Below, one piece after another: positions 40,820-56,080 of a stretch of DNA of 64,000 nt. The DNA is from the human T2T-CHM13v2.0 reference genome, Homo sapiens. The position numbers and the translations under genes were made by a program. The notes beneath the pieces are model-generated. The model was not told the origin of the DNA. It searched no databases and worked only from the letters and a program-made list of their open reading frames with translations. Numbering within the stretch: position 1 is the stretch's first letter; the number at the start of each line of letters is the position of its first letter. The DNA lies in NCBI RefSeq assembly GCF_009914755.1, contig NC_060926.1. One strand, written 5' to 3'.

Positions 40820-41860
40820 CGGAGTGCCATACCATTTTGCCTTCCTGTTCACCAGGTATGAGAGTTCCAGTTGCTCCACATCCTCACACATATTTGGTAT
40901 TGTCAGTTCATTTTCAAATTTCTATTTAAGCAATTCTAAACATATTTTAAATTCTATAAATAATAAACAAATTCTACATATGTGCCATAGTATCCCCATT
41001 TTAATTTTAACATGCACTTCCCTAACAAATGATTTTGAGCTTATTTTCATATGGTTTTTGCTACCTATAGAGTAATAGCCCCTTAAGTACATGGAATATG
41101 TTCCAAGATCCCAAGTGAATGCCTGAAATCATGGAGAGTACTGAATCAGGTTGCCATCAGTTGGAACACATTTCTGTCCATGTCATTCACCCACAAATTT
41201 AGTGCCTTTTCCATCTTAGCTAAACGCTTTTCACCCAGTGGTTATAACTGTTGCAGTCTGAGGTGTGACAACAAAATTAGCACAAATTTATTTTTTCTTC
41301 TTCACAACTTCCTGGATAGAAGTTTCATTCTTACCGTAGACCTTAGCAACTTCAGCATACGATTTTTTTCTTTCCTTATTAAGTTGAAAACTTTCACCTT
41401 TCCACTTAAAGGAAGCACTTTATGGCTTCTCTTTCATATATTCAAATTGCCAGCATCAGGACTTTTGCACTTTGGGACCATTATTAAGTAAAATAAGAGT
41501 TCCTTGAACACAAGCACTGTGATACTTTGAGAGTAGATTTGATCATTGAGAGGACTAATAGGAACAAATGTAGACAGCGTGGATAATCTGGACAAAGGAG
41601 AATTCACTTCCTGGGATGGACAGAGCTCACAGTGCCAGTTCTCATCAGGCTACCATGCTACCCAGAACAGCACACAATTTAAAGTTTTTTCCAGCATTGT
41701 TTGTTGAAAAGCCTTTGTTTTGTCCATTAAATGGCCTTTGACCAATTAGTTGATTATATTTATGTGGATCTGTTCCTGGTATCTATTTCTTTGATACATG
41801 CATCTACCCTTTCATCAAAATAACACTGTCTGTATTACCATAGATGTATAGTATAAAATA
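40820..41860 (-). mobile_element. L1M antisense remnant interrupted by MER44
   Basis: gtatgagagttccagttgctccacatcctcac; ccagcattgtttgttgaaaag. Confidence 0.65.
41069..41685. mobile_element. MER44/Tigger7 (TcMar-Tigger) DNA transposon
   Basis: atgttccaagatcccaagtgaatgcctgaaa..cttaccgtagaccttagcaacttcagcatacg..ggaagcactttatggcttctc. Confidence 0.8.
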
Positions 41861-43608
41861 TACTTCTAAGCCTAACTTTCCCTTATATTAAAACCTTAAA
41901 AGTTTATGTTCTTGACGTTTTCTACACAATGTCCTCTTACTACAGGGAAAAAATGTCTAGTTTTTCCCTGCCTGGTTTCTTTATATGAAAATGAATTGTT
42001 AAGATTACCCTGCATTACTCCAAGATGCATTGAGGAAAGCTGAACCAAGACAAATCATCCTTTATTTCAGGAGATGAGTAGGAACATATTGAAAAAATTG
42101 CAAGCAACGGTAGGACCATATGGTGGGGGAAAGGAAAGAGGAGGAAAGTTGTCATTGTGGAGTGGTGTGAAAAAAAAGAGGTAGGTGTACTTTAGTGTGT
42201 GCAATACGGACCATCAGAGGAATAGTACTGTGGTGAAATATTGTACTCCCTGGCATCTCTCTTCCAAGGTTTATCTATTGACATGTAACCAAGCAGGTTC
42301 ATAGTGGGGATACACATAAGACACATAGGATGCAACAATTTCTTTGAATTATATATTAACCAGAGTTATTTTTCTCATGTGAAAAAACACCCATGAAATA
42401 GAAAAGCTAAGTTTTAAATGGTTCTTTTTCCTCAAACATAGCAGCCAGATTTCACATCTAAAGTCCTTCTGTTCCACTGATAAATGTCCCTTTTCAGACA
42501 TTTTCCTCCCAGATGGCCATTCTGTCCCTTCACCTATCCTCAAAAGAAATAATACTAGCTGCTGATTTTTCTTCTAAACTAAATATATTTAGCAGTATTT
42601 TTCATTACTTCACCCTGAGAGTGTAACTCTGAGTCAAGCTAGAGCAGTTTCATCTCCTTTATTTTGCATGAGTCACTCAATTTTTGTATTAATCTTAAAG
42701 CAATTTAGAGGTAGTTTTGCAATCATTTTGTATTTATGATAAAAGATTTTGTGATAGTTTTCAAGGATACATTTACAAATATCCCTTTCTTTGTGTTTCT
42801 TCTTCTTTATTTTATTTTATTTTATTTTACTTTGATTTTAACCTTATTCTCTTAAATTAGCATGACTTGAGTTTGAGCATGGACTCCATTTCTGCTGAGT
42901 CAATATCTTCAATTTGGAACAATTTAGTCCCTGGACAGTCTTTTCCTCATTTGTTGTGTAATTCTTTAAAAAGATGCTGTTTTTTAGAATTCCAAAGATT
43001 TCAAATTGCTCAAATTTTAAAATCAATGATGTCTGATAACCATTGGTTATGGACCTTGCTTAGGTGCTAAAACTTAAGTGTACTGTAGGTGCACATATGT
43101 GCCAAGTTGCATGCATCCTGGCAAGTAGAGCACATACCTAATTCCACTGATTTTTTAAAACCCTGTACAGATATAACAAAATGGCCAAATAAAATATACC
43201 ACCGGGCTATAAACTTCTAGTGGTCTCCAGTTTACAGCTCTTGCAGAGTGTTCCATTACCATTAGGATTTTAAAAGTCAGTAAAGATATAGCCCACCTGA
43301 AATACATAATTTGATCAAGAGAACCTTATTTGTTTAGATGCGGTCTCTCTTCAGTAGTTTTATTTGTATACTTCTTCCTTTCTCCTTCTTTTCCTTCTTC
43401 CTTCCCTCTGTCCTTTCCGCCTTTCTTTCTCAAAAAGCACATTTGTGGTTCTAGATGGAATGTTACTGGCTCTTCCCTTAGAAGTATCTCAGGATGTCAT
43501 TATCTGTTCTGTTCTATAACTTGTTCACGGGTTCAAAATTGTATAAATTGAGCCACAGACAAACTTATAGCGTCAATTCAATACATAGGACAAATGCATG
43601 ACCACAGG

Positions 43609-43678
43609 CACACACACACGCACACACAACACACATACACACAGGAACACACACACACACATAGGAAAACATACATAC
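43609..43678. repeat. Imperfect (CA)n
   Basis: Seen directly. Confidence 0.85.
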
Positions 43679-44808
43679 AGAGAAGCATTAAATTGGGAAC
43701 TGAAACATTGTTTCTAATATAATTTAAATCAAACAATATTTTAAAAATCTTTGATATACCTACTTTCACTTCAAAGTTAACTTACTAAATATTTCTAAAA
43801 TGTCAATAATCTGTTACATTTGGTTCTACAAATGAAAACCACAGTTGATCTATCACATTGCCTACTGGAAAAGGATGTTCCATGGTATTGGACTTGTAAA
43901 CACTAAAAAGTTCTTCTTGGTTTATCATCTCAATGGTTACATCATTTTTTTTTTAATTTCGTATCATTGATATATTTTCTTGGAGTATTCAAGCTGTGTT
44001 CATCAAAAGGGCATATGACGTCTTTGAGGAACCAATTACCATAATACCTACTATAAAATCAGTGCATAAAACAATAAATGATTCCTCCTCTAATCAGGGA
44101 TCAGAATTCACGAAAACTTCTACAGACATGTTAGAGCCAGGCCTTTACAATTTGTTTTAATCCTAAACCAAATTAGGGAATTTTTCTAAGAATAAAATAT
44201 ACATTATATTTACTGCATAACGTAATTTAGTCCTGAAGTCTTATGTTATGCCTATTATTTATCTTCAAGCCTTAAAGAAAAATTTTTGCCTTTGCCCTGA
44301 ACTCTCTGATCTTGAATTTCCAAAATAAATTTAAGTGGCTCATAGAGGTAAAGGAGGTATTCAGCTGATGTACAACAGAGAGAATATCTGAAGATGAAGT
44401 GGCTTCCTGATTGAAGCAGAGTCAGGGTTTGGATAGGACAGGAAACACTCGAGGAGCTGCCTTCATGGTTTTGACTTGAGCAGCAATTTTTGACTATTAG
44501 TGAAATTCATGACTAGTATTTGTTCCTATTTTTGTGCCTTTTGCTTAGGGTCACAACAATTATCAAAATGGCATTTTCCAGGACTATTTTTGCATGCTTG
44601 TGGTTTATAAGCTAGTCAAGGTTCCTGAGGCATGGGAGAGAGATAGCAAAAAGGAAATTAAAGGATGTGGGGCAAAGCTAGAAGGCAAGAGGGGAAATTA
44701 TAATGCTCTATCATGTTCGTTTCAGTATTTTTATACCTTATGTTTTGATGCTCTTCTACAAGTGTTGACATTTAAAGACATTCCTGGCATATTCCCGTAT
44801 GACGATTA

Positions 44809-45150
<342 letters not shown>

Positions 45151-45605
45151 TAAAATAATTTTAAAAATCATGTGTTTAACTGGGATATTTTATTGAAGGG
45201 GGCTTTTAAATGGATAAGGGAAAAGTATTCAGTAAAGACACCACTTGAGAATTCTAAACTATTCATACAAGTTGTCAGTTTGAGTTATATGGCTAATGCT
45301 CCTTCACTGTTACTTGTGTTTGAAAAATCTCCCACTGATTTTGAATTTACAAGCAAGTCTTTGCCCTTTATAAAAATTGCATTGAAGGAAGGACAGAGAG
45401 GAGCACTCAGAGAAAGCTGGGAAACACCTTCCTTGCCCCCAAATGGAAGGCAGTTTATGCAAGCTTCCAAGAGTTGAATGGAGGATAATCTCATGATCCT
45501 TAGCTAAAAAAGAGGAGTCTTCATGAGCCTCCAGTAGAGGAGATGAGACCTCACAATACTCAGCAGAGGAGGGTTCATTGGGTAATGTACTTACCAGTTA
45601 AACCA

Positions 45606-45976
45606 TGATATGGTTTGGCTCTGTGTCCCCACCTAAATCTCATCTTGTAGCTCCTATAATTCCCATGTGTTGTGGGAGGGACCTGGTTGGAGATTATTGA
45701 ATCATGGGGACAGGTCTTTCCGGTGCTTTTCTTATGATAGTGGATGGGTCTCTCGAGATCTGATGGTTTTAACAATGGGAGTTTCTCAGCACAAGCTCTC
45801 TTTTTGCTTGCTGCCATCCACATCAGATGTCACTTGTTCCTCCTTTCCTTCTGCCATGATTGTGAGGCCTTCCCAGCCATGTGGAACTGTAAGTCTAATA
45901 AATCTCTTTTTTTTTTTTTGTAAGTTGCCCAGTCTCAGGTATGTCTTTATCGGCGGCGTGTAAATGAATTAATACA
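45606..45976 (+). mobile_element. THE1 (A/B) solo LTR
   Basis: tgatatggtttggctctgtgtcccc..aattaataca; TSD aacca/accca. Confidence 0.93.
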
Positions 45977-46219
45977 ACCCACTTCAAAAAGGTCTCTTTT
46001 AAAACAAATACTATTGATAAATAATTTAAATAGGTCACTATATTTATCCTGTAGAATATTAAGAATCTATAATTCAGAGTATTTTGTCTTTCTCTAAATG
46101 ATGGCAGGTAGCACTCTCTTTTTATGCGGGGGATGATATTTTATCTTACTTAAAAAACATACCACAACTTCATGGATATATATATATATATATTCTGCTT
46201 CTTTGCTGTTGATTTCTTT

Positions 46220-46325
46220 CAAGTAAAATGTGAACTTCAGGAATTAGGAGTTTTGTCTATTTTGTTCACTGCTATATTCCCAGGACATATCATAGGCACT
46301 CAATAAATATTTGTTGATTTAACAA
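46220..46325 (+). mobile_element. L2 3' end
   Basis: ttgttcactgctatattccca..taggcactcaataaatatttgttga. Confidence 0.85.
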
Positions 46326-46809
46326 ATAGTAATCATAATATCTTTGTCATACTACATGCATCACATCCAAGAGTTATTTCGCTGAAAGCAAAAACATACA
46401 CAGCCACTTTCTTTTCTATGGAAAATGCGTGTGTTCCTCACATAAGAATCCAAATTGTATTTTTAGGATGGATCATTTCAGGAGAAAAACATACAGATTG
46501 TTTTGGGACCTCAAAGTGTCTCAGAGTGTCCAATGTATTCTCAAAGTATATCAGAAATCTGCTACACAGTCAGAGCCCTGTATCAAGTATGGGTGATACA
46601 AAGAATCTAAGTTAGTATCTATGTCAAACAATGGTCCTCAAATTGCCTCAAAGGGATTAATGTAATCTGTGCAAAAAGAACAATGGTTGTATTGTTACCA
46701 TATTTCACTACCTTCAAGCCAACATATAGAAAAAATCAACACAGATGTTATAATAACCTAAAGCAGATGTTTATAACAAAAGTGCTACTATAAGATGCTC
46801 AGGATAATT

Positions 46810-47182
46810 AGACAGGATATTAGGCTACCCTGCAGAAACATAAAGATCCTAACATTTCAGTGGCTTAAACTAGCAAAGATGCATTTCTCTCTCAAAGTCT
46901 TATGTAGGTTAGGTTAACAATCCAGATTAAAAATCTATCTGGTAACTTAAGCATTCAAATGTCCTCCTTATTTTGATGAGGCATCAAAGAGTTATTGGAA
47001 CAAGGGAAGACAAAGCGTGGAGGACTCATTTTTATCATATACATTAGACCAGAAGTGATACATTTCACTTATTTTCACAAGCCATTGTGTAGAACTAGTT
47101 CATGTTCCCCACTTAACTAGATGGGAGGCTACATATAAAAAAGCATATAGAATATTGGGGGTATTCTATAATCTGTGCCATA
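46810..47182 (-). mobile_element. Old MLT1 (J/K-type) LTR
   Basis: atttcagtggcttaaac..ccagaagtgatacatttcactt..ccattgtgtagaactagtt. Confidence 0.6.
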
Positions 47183-47265
47183 TTGGGTTTCTTATAATTG
47201 AAATTACCACCCTATATTTAATAAAAGGAATCATCCCCAATGAATTATTTATATAAAAGAGTTTG

Positions 47266-47677
47266 GGCTGGCGTGGTGGCTCACACCTGTAATCCTAGCA
47301 CTTTGGGAGGCCAAGGTGGGCAGATCACGAGGTCAGGAGATTGAGACCATCCTGGCTAACATGGTGAAACCCCGTCTCTATTAAAAATACAAAAATTAGC
47401 TGGGTGTGGTGGTGCGCACCTATAAGCCCAGCATTTTGGGAGGCCAAGGTGGGCAGATCACCTGAGGTCAGAAGTTCAAGACCACCCTGGCCAACATGGC
47501 AAAACCCCATCTCAACTAAAAAATTTAAAAAAAAATTATCCAGGTATAGTGGCAGGTGCCTGTAATCCCAGCTACTCGGTAGGCTGAGGCAGGGAGAATT
47601 GCTGGAATCTGGGAGGTGGAAGTTGCAGTGAGCTAAGATCACACCACTGCACACCACTCCATCTCAGAAAAAAAAAA
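47266..47677 (+). mobile_element. Chimeric Alu: AluY/Sc-type left arm fused to an AluSx-type element
   Basis: Two left arms with different subfamily diagnostics, followed by one right arm. Confidence 0.9.
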
Positions 47678-47954
47678 GTAGTTTCAGTTCTTTAAAAATA
47701 TAGATGAGAAACTGAGGCTCCCCTTCCACTGTGGTTTGATTGAAGTCTGTTGCTCATACTAGATTCAGCTCACTCCAATTTTTTGCCTTTTCTTAAACTA
47801 AAAGCGAATCATCTATTCTACACTAAGATAATGTAAAGCTCATAAAGATTCACTTTCTTCAGAAACATTGCTCTAAATAAGATTATTTCACATTTGCTCT
47901 ACTATTTACCACAATACCAAAACAATATTGTGAATTTCTTTATATAGTTACATT

Positions 47955-48342
47955 ATTTCAGCTTGAGTTCACTAGGAAAGAGCATCTAATACTCAGACTG
48001 GTGTGTAGGAAGTTTATTAGGACCAACTATAAATTGTTAGGATCAATGCCTATATACAGAAGGAAGCAGTTGTGAGTAGAGGAAGAAGTTGGAGACAATG
48101 CAGTCTAAACACAGGTCTCAGCCAACCTGCAAGGGGCCTTGAAATCTCCGTGGTCCTTCACAGTTTTCTTATGTTGCATAGAGGGGAGATTCCCATATCA
48201 AGCAGTCTTTAGATTTAGGCTGCCCGTGGGAAGGAAGAATTCATTAGGTAAGGCAACTCTCTCTAGCTGAGGGTAATGTCCAGGGAGTTGGGAATAAATA
48301 CTTCAGTCCTGAGGACAGACTGCAGGACAACTGTTAGCCACA
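47955..48342 (-). mobile_element. LTR16-like ERVL LTR
   Basis: gtgtaggaagtttattagg..ggatcaatgcct..ctcagccaacctgcaagggg..ggtaaggcaactctctctagctgagggtaat. Confidence 0.6.
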
Positions 48343-49689
48343 AACATACATAACCGTATTTTATAACATATATAAAATATGCTGATGTTTATATATAAAT
48401 CAACAAGTATTATTAGTAATTAATATTAAGCTAGTTAATATTGAATAATAACATTAACAATACAATTTTAAATATTTTAAATATTATATAATTAATAATT
48501 AATTTTAAGTATATGCATATGTATCTTTGTTTCCTTACTACATTTAAAGTAATTTCAAGGAACAAGATATGCCTTCTATTTCTTACCACTGTCTTTGCAA
48601 GAAGTATTATTAATAGTCTACTTAAATATTGAAAATTATAAACATGATACATTCATTGTAGTGATTAAACATTAAGACGCTAACATTGATTTTTCGTTAT
48701 TGAAGTCCACATGCACATAATTAAAATGTCAAACATTCTTACACATACCATTTGATGTCATATTGTCTGCCAGCCAATCTAATGATAGTTTTATTTGCCA
48801 TCTGGAATTACTATTGGCTGGGGACGAATTATGGTGTTAACCAGGAAGTTCCCTATAGGTACTAAGCAGATAAGCAATTTTTGGCACCTGCATTAAGTGA
48901 ATCCATATCAAAAGTGGATTCAAACTTCTCTAGCTTAGTCACATTACAGAAAACTCTAGTCCTTCAAAGAGCCATTAACAGTGGATCATATTAAGGAATA
49001 AGAATTCTAGAACTAAGAAGCTATTGTGTTATCTCTTACTATAATCACTGGGAGAAAGGGGGATAATGGACATTATTCTATTTGGCAAACAGCAGGATTG
49101 GATAGACTGTCCTCTGGTGTGCCTATTAGTATAATTGGGAATATATTAGAATAAATATCTCTACATGGAGATAAGTGTAAATATATACCTTGCAGTAAGA
49201 GTTAACTCATTTATTTATCATTCAGACTCTCTATTCACTTTTGACATATTGGGTGTGCTAGCTATTGAAAATATTGGCGATTATATGAAAAACTTTCCAT
49301 AGATGGGCAGCAATATAAAAAAGAATAATTTGGGTGGTTTTGAAAAATGTTTTCAAATGTACATTTGTATTGTTGTTGTTCCTTACCTAGCAGAGATAAA
49401 TAAATAAATAAAACACACATTAATAAATAAATAAAGCACACATTATAAATCTTCCCTGGTTCAAGTTCTCATCTTCCATGTGACCTAACATCTGTCTTCT
49501 GCTCCATTGTAACTCCTATGTTGACTCTGGAGTACACTGATTGGCTTTTAGAATTATCCATGTTTAAAATGTTCAATAGATCCTTGTTTCCCATGTGATA
49601 TTACAAAGCCATGTTTGAAGCTGCTGTGTGTCTCATGACTTGTCATGCCTCAGCCCTCAATTCCACTCAAGCTTCTTTTTCGATTATGC

Positions 49690-50048
49690 CAAACTTATTC
49701 TTTTCCTTTCTCATAGCTCTTTTTTTGTCCCTAATTTTCCCTCACATAAAAATGTGTCCTCTACCTTTTTTTTTTTTCTCCCAGTGGAGAGCATTTTATT
49801 CCATCCAAACCTATCACAAATCTCATCATTTCAGTGCTGTATTCCCTGGCCTCTTAGGCCTATGTGCTCCTACTTTCCTCTGTGTTGTCATGCGGTGCTG
49901 ACATTTCACTGTTGTCATACACACGTGCTTGTTTTGCCCAGTATGTCATGAGCTTCTGAAGATCAGGACCATGTCTTAGACTGTTTTTGGATTCCTGAGA
50001 CCTATACTGCTACCATCTAAGCACATGATAGGTATCTATTGAATTAAG
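49690..50048 (+). mobile_element. L2 3' fragment
   Basis: gagcttctgaagatcaggaccatgtctt..agcacatgatagg..attgaattaa. Confidence 0.55.
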
Positions 50049-50164
50049 GTCATCTAGGACACTGGAGGATGGGATCTAACACATTTCGATTTATTTGGCC
50101 TATGCACAGCATTTACAATATTCCTAAGAACTGTAATTGTATATTTATTCTTGGTTAAAATTTT

Positions 50165-50486
<322 letters not shown>

Positions 50487-50500
50487 TTGGTTAAAATTTT

Positions 50501-50502
<2 letters not shown>

Positions 50503-50545
<43 letters not shown>

Positions 50546-50556
50546 CGTGTGTGTGT
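50503..50556. repeat. (TG)n(CG)5(TG)n alternating purine-pyrimidine tract
   Basis: Seen directly. Confidence 0.95.
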
Positions 50557-52199
50557 TTTGTGGAGGGGGGAGCATATTCTTACCAGTAGGCAGGAATAGA
50601 AAACTGCAGAAGAAGATCAAATTGAGATGAAGGAAATGTAGGATGTGGGGTTTGGTAACAATTCAACAGATATTCCTCGTGCACCTGTTAAATTCAGGAC
50701 AGTATGCTCATTGCTAGGAGAACTTTGTGCTCGTTGCTAGGAGTACCTGCCTTTGATGTGCTTGTAGGAGAGCTTCTAGGAAGTAAAATCAGGTCTCCCC
50801 CAAATAAGAAAGTATAATTTTGAAAGGCCTTAACATTGGCAGGCAATGCAAAATGATATGGAAACCACGAAGAAAATAAACAGTCATTTAAATCGTTTAT
50901 AACGTTCATCTTGGTTTATAAAAAAATGCCTGCAGTTCAGTATTTTTAAATGTTAAGTGAATGGGTAGTTGTGACAATTTTAATTTTAAATATAATGATC
51001 AAATAAGGTTTTGTATATGCAGATATCAAGACGATAGCATAAAGTCAAAAGATTATTTTGGATCAACTTCAGTCATCTTAAATAAAAATATAAGATACCT
51101 ACCACTGCAAATCTAAATATATGACAGATCATTATTATATTTAGTATTAATTATTTCAGTTTTCAGCAAAACAAGAAGTAGCAGACAGGCAATTCTAAGC
51201 ATAAGTACATTCTTTTGTTTTTATTCTTTTTGAAACGAGAGTTTAATTATGATGAGATAACTAGAAGTGTTACAACCTGAATTCAAATTAATATTTGATT
51301 AAATTTCATAACACAGCATGAAGCTATAACTGGAATGAACAGTTTGATGAAATTAAAATTACTTAGTAATAGATATTAAGCTAAGTAACTATTAAATTGC
51401 TTATTTCTTAGGCTGTAATAGCAAGTATCAAAGGAATAGTATAGATTTTCCACAAATGCAAACCTGGTAGACTTCCAGAGATTTAGGGCTCTGTGGTTTA
51501 CCAATTCTTGATCTTAATTTATATCGCCTATAGCTCTTCAGACCTGTGATAATCTTTTATAAATCTTGGCAAATCGCTGATGGAACTGAAACTACAAATT
51601 GTTAATGTTCCTAATCTATATTTCTAAAGGCCAAAGAGAGGGAAGGGGTATTGAAATCAGTTATATGTTAAAGAAAAACAAACCAAAGTATGACCTCCAG
51701 CATTTGCAAATATCAAAGAAACAAACACATGGAGACTCATTTGGAAGGAAGAGAAACAACCTGGAGCAAGGGTAGGAATTTCTATTTAGTAGATTGTACT
51801 AGACATCCTTAGAGGAAGATAAAGTAGATAGACAGAAAAGGAGGCCAGGCTTGGAGTTCAATGGCAATCCAACTTGTTAGATCCAAGACATTGCACTGGT
51901 TGCTAGAATAATACAGACTAACATTGTCTTCTTCCTCAGTGTGACTGGAAGAAAGCAGTAGATGGGCTGAAAGCAGGATACTGAAATGTAACAGCGAATA
52001 TGGTGAATTTGCTATGGCCTCATCAAGATTCAATTTATAATGCATTTTAAAAATATATGGAGGTACCCCATGATCTGAGCAAGGGAAAGAGATGAATAGA
52101 ACTAAGGGGAGCATGATCTTGGAGACAGTCTCAACAGCACCTGTTCAGCCCTTAACGGTGATGAGTGGAATAGAAGCCAGGAACCAGTCTCTTGGGTAG

Positions 52200-52395
52200 A
52201 ACAAGTGCTTTGGTTAACGCGTGTGGATGTAGCCTTGGGAACCTATACTGGAGAGCTGTGTTTTTGTCTTTGCACTGCCAACTACCTATCAAGTTATGGA
52301 CTTAGCCCTTCAAGACCTAGTTTCTTCAGCTACACTTAGAAGGAATTAAACTAGATAATGACTAAGGTCATGCTAGTTCTAAAATGGTCTGATCT
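52200..52395 (+). mobile_element. MIR fragment
   Basis: tttgcactgccaactacc..cctagtttcttcagctac..aaactagataatgactaaggtc..agttctaaaa. Confidence 0.6.
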
Positions 52396-52439
52396 AAAAA
52401 GAATACATTGGTTCCTGATTTATTGATTGACTGATTGAT

Positions 52440-53170
<731 letters not shown>

Positions 53171-53175
53171 TTAGA

Positions 53176-53495
53176 AGAGGGCTTACAAACTCAAATGCTT
53201 ACAGGAACTACTGAAGTAACAGGCTGCATTTGAAACAAAAAAGTAATGGGGAGGCAGCACACTGGAAAAAATATGTCTTTCTAAAGGAAGTAGCTGCCAC
53301 TCAGCTTCAATAGATTGGTACCCTTGCCATTGCAGACCCTGCTTTGCTAAGACAAGCCAGGCACTTAGACTGTTTCCCAGTTTTTAATTGTTGATAAGGA
53401 AATTAACTCAACACAATTAATTCACTGTGGGGAATAAGCAAAACACGACTCTAAGCCACATTTGTTCTGCAGGCTGCTGGATGTGAGTTTGGGAA
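53176..53495 (+). mobile_element. MER103-like hAT-Charlie DNA transposon
   Basis: caaactcaaatgcttacagg start; ends ..gccacatttgttctgcaggctgc..gtttg. Confidence 0.55.
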
Positions 53496-53903
53496 CTCTG
53501 TGTTAACATTTTCAGCATTAGCAGAAGTATAACAACAATCAGAATTGTGAAAAAAGATACAGATTTTTCAAAAGAAGAATTTTAAAGAAAAGAAGAAGTC
53601 TAAGAAGAAGCCCTCAAAGGATTTGTATATTTAAAAAGTCAATTAAAAGAAAACATGTCCTCTCTACATAATGGTGTTGCCAGAAATGAGAAAAATATGA
53701 GCATTACTTATGAAGAATGAAAGGGTGGTAGAAGACACATTAGTCCACTGAGGGTATAATGAGGAAAAGCAATGGAGTGAATTACCTTGTATTTTTCTTT
53801 ATATAACATAGATACTTTCTATTTTATGTTTTCAAAAAATCTACATTGTTGCCAAACCTATGTATGGGGTTGATTATTATGCTCAGTATCTCTACTCTCT
53901 GCC

Positions 53904-54201
53904 TTTTTTTTTTTTTCTTTGAGACAGAGTCTCGCACTGTCACCCAGGCTGGAGTGCAGTGGCGCAGTCTCGGCTCACTACAACCTCTGCCTCCTGGGTT
54001 CAAGAGATTCTCCTGCCTCAGCCTCCTGAGTAGCTAGGATTGCAGGCGCCCACCACCACGCCCGGCTAATTTTTTGTATTTTTAGTAAAGACAGGGTTTC
54101 ACTACGTTGGCCAGGCTGGTCTCGAACTCCTGATTTCATGATCAGCCCACCTCGGCCTCCCAAAGTGCTGGAATTACAGGTGTGTATCAACGCACCCAGC
54201 C
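53904..54201 (-). mobile_element. AluS (Sg/Sc-like)
   Basis: Antisense dimer; TSD agtatctctact on both sides. Confidence 0.93.
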
Positions 54202-54421
54202 AGTATCTCTACTTTTTTGTGCTAACACCTGAAGAGGTTTACTGCAACTGTGAAGTTACTGCCATTACAAGAAGACAGCATGGAAACAAAGACTCAGAAA
54301 ATTGAATTGTTAATTTGTACCATGACCTAGAAAGGTCCGTGGTCGTGATTTTACTGAAACATGTATAAGAGAAAGTATAAAATGATAAAATGAACCTGAT
54401 TTAATGTTTACAAGATATTTT

Positions 54422-54740
<319 letters not shown>

Positions 54741-55544
54741 TACAAGATATTTTAAAGTGCTGCCTCAGCCATGCTTTTTTCATTGACTTTGGAAATGCAT
54801 TAGAAAAGCAAGTGGTTTCATCTTACTGGACACTACCCAATCTCTTCTGGTAAGAAATCAAGAGTTTCAGTTGCTGATAAGGCTTATGTTTTCTATGAAA
54901 AGAAACAGCTCCTCAAACAGATGGTTGACTGCAAGATTTTGCCACATTTCTCAAATAGTCTTTGTAAACCACCAGCAGCCTCATTTAATTCTGTCTATGA
55001 GGAAGAAGCAATGAGTGGATGATGAATCAGGCATCATTAACTATAATTTAAAAAAATCAAATGCAACAATATCTTGAATAGCAGTTATAAGATATTAGAA
55101 AAGCTTTCTCTTGAAAAGATTTTCTAAATGTGCACAGGATTGTGAAGGAAGTCCTAGAACATGACAAAAAAGAATATGAAAATGAGTGACAAAAATTGAA
55201 ACGTGCGTGTGTATGTGATTTATATGTAGACCATACTAGGTACTCTGTCAGTACTTGCAATTGCATATTTTTTCTACTCTTGTTGTTCACAGATTTGCTC
55301 TGAGTATCTTCTGACAGCTATCTATAGAGCTCCAGAGGTCTGACTGCCAAATTATTTATTCCCAATTTTCCCCGCCATGCTAGTTGACTCCAGAACCTTC
55401 CTCTATTGTTTGTTTTTCTTTTCTGGTCTATTATCAATTATTTTCTCACAACCATTTTTTGTTTGTTTGTTTGCTTCCTGTCTTTTTTTCCCCCTCCCTC
55501 GGCTTACAAACACACTCAAATTCATGATTTTATATGCTTTATTT

Positions 55545-56080
55545 CTTCCAATTATCTATTGTTGTATATTAAATCGCACCACCCATAAATCAGTGGCCTG
55601 AACAACAACCACTTTATTTTGCTCATGGATTTCATGAGTCAGGAATTCAGAAGAGCACAGCAGGTATGGTTTCTCTCTGCTCAAGAATGTCTGAAGCTCC
55701 AGCAAGGGAGTATTGGCACCTGGCGGTACCAATAGAAACTCTGGAGGCTGTAATCACTGGGAGGCTTTTTAATTTCCATAACTGGCATGTGGGATAACTC
55801 AAAGCCTGGACTCAGCTGAAACTTTTGACTGTAATACCTACACTTGGAATTGCCACATGGACTTAGACTTCTCATGGCATGGTGGCTGGGATCTGAGAAC
55901 CAATGTCCGGAGAATGACAATCTAAGAACCCTAGTCAGAGGCTGTATAGCTTTTCGTAAACAAGCATCAGGAATAGGCTATAACTTCCACCATTTTTATT
56001 GGTTATAGCAGTCACAACTCAGATTCAAAAATATGACTGTTTTAACTGTTTTAAAAAATGTACAACCCTTTTTTAACCAA
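55545..56080 (-). mobile_element. MLT1 (E/F-type) LTR
   Basis: ttatctattgttgtata..cagtggcctgaacaacaaccac..ttgctcatgg..gtcaggaattcag..gtttctctctgctc. Confidence 0.7.
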
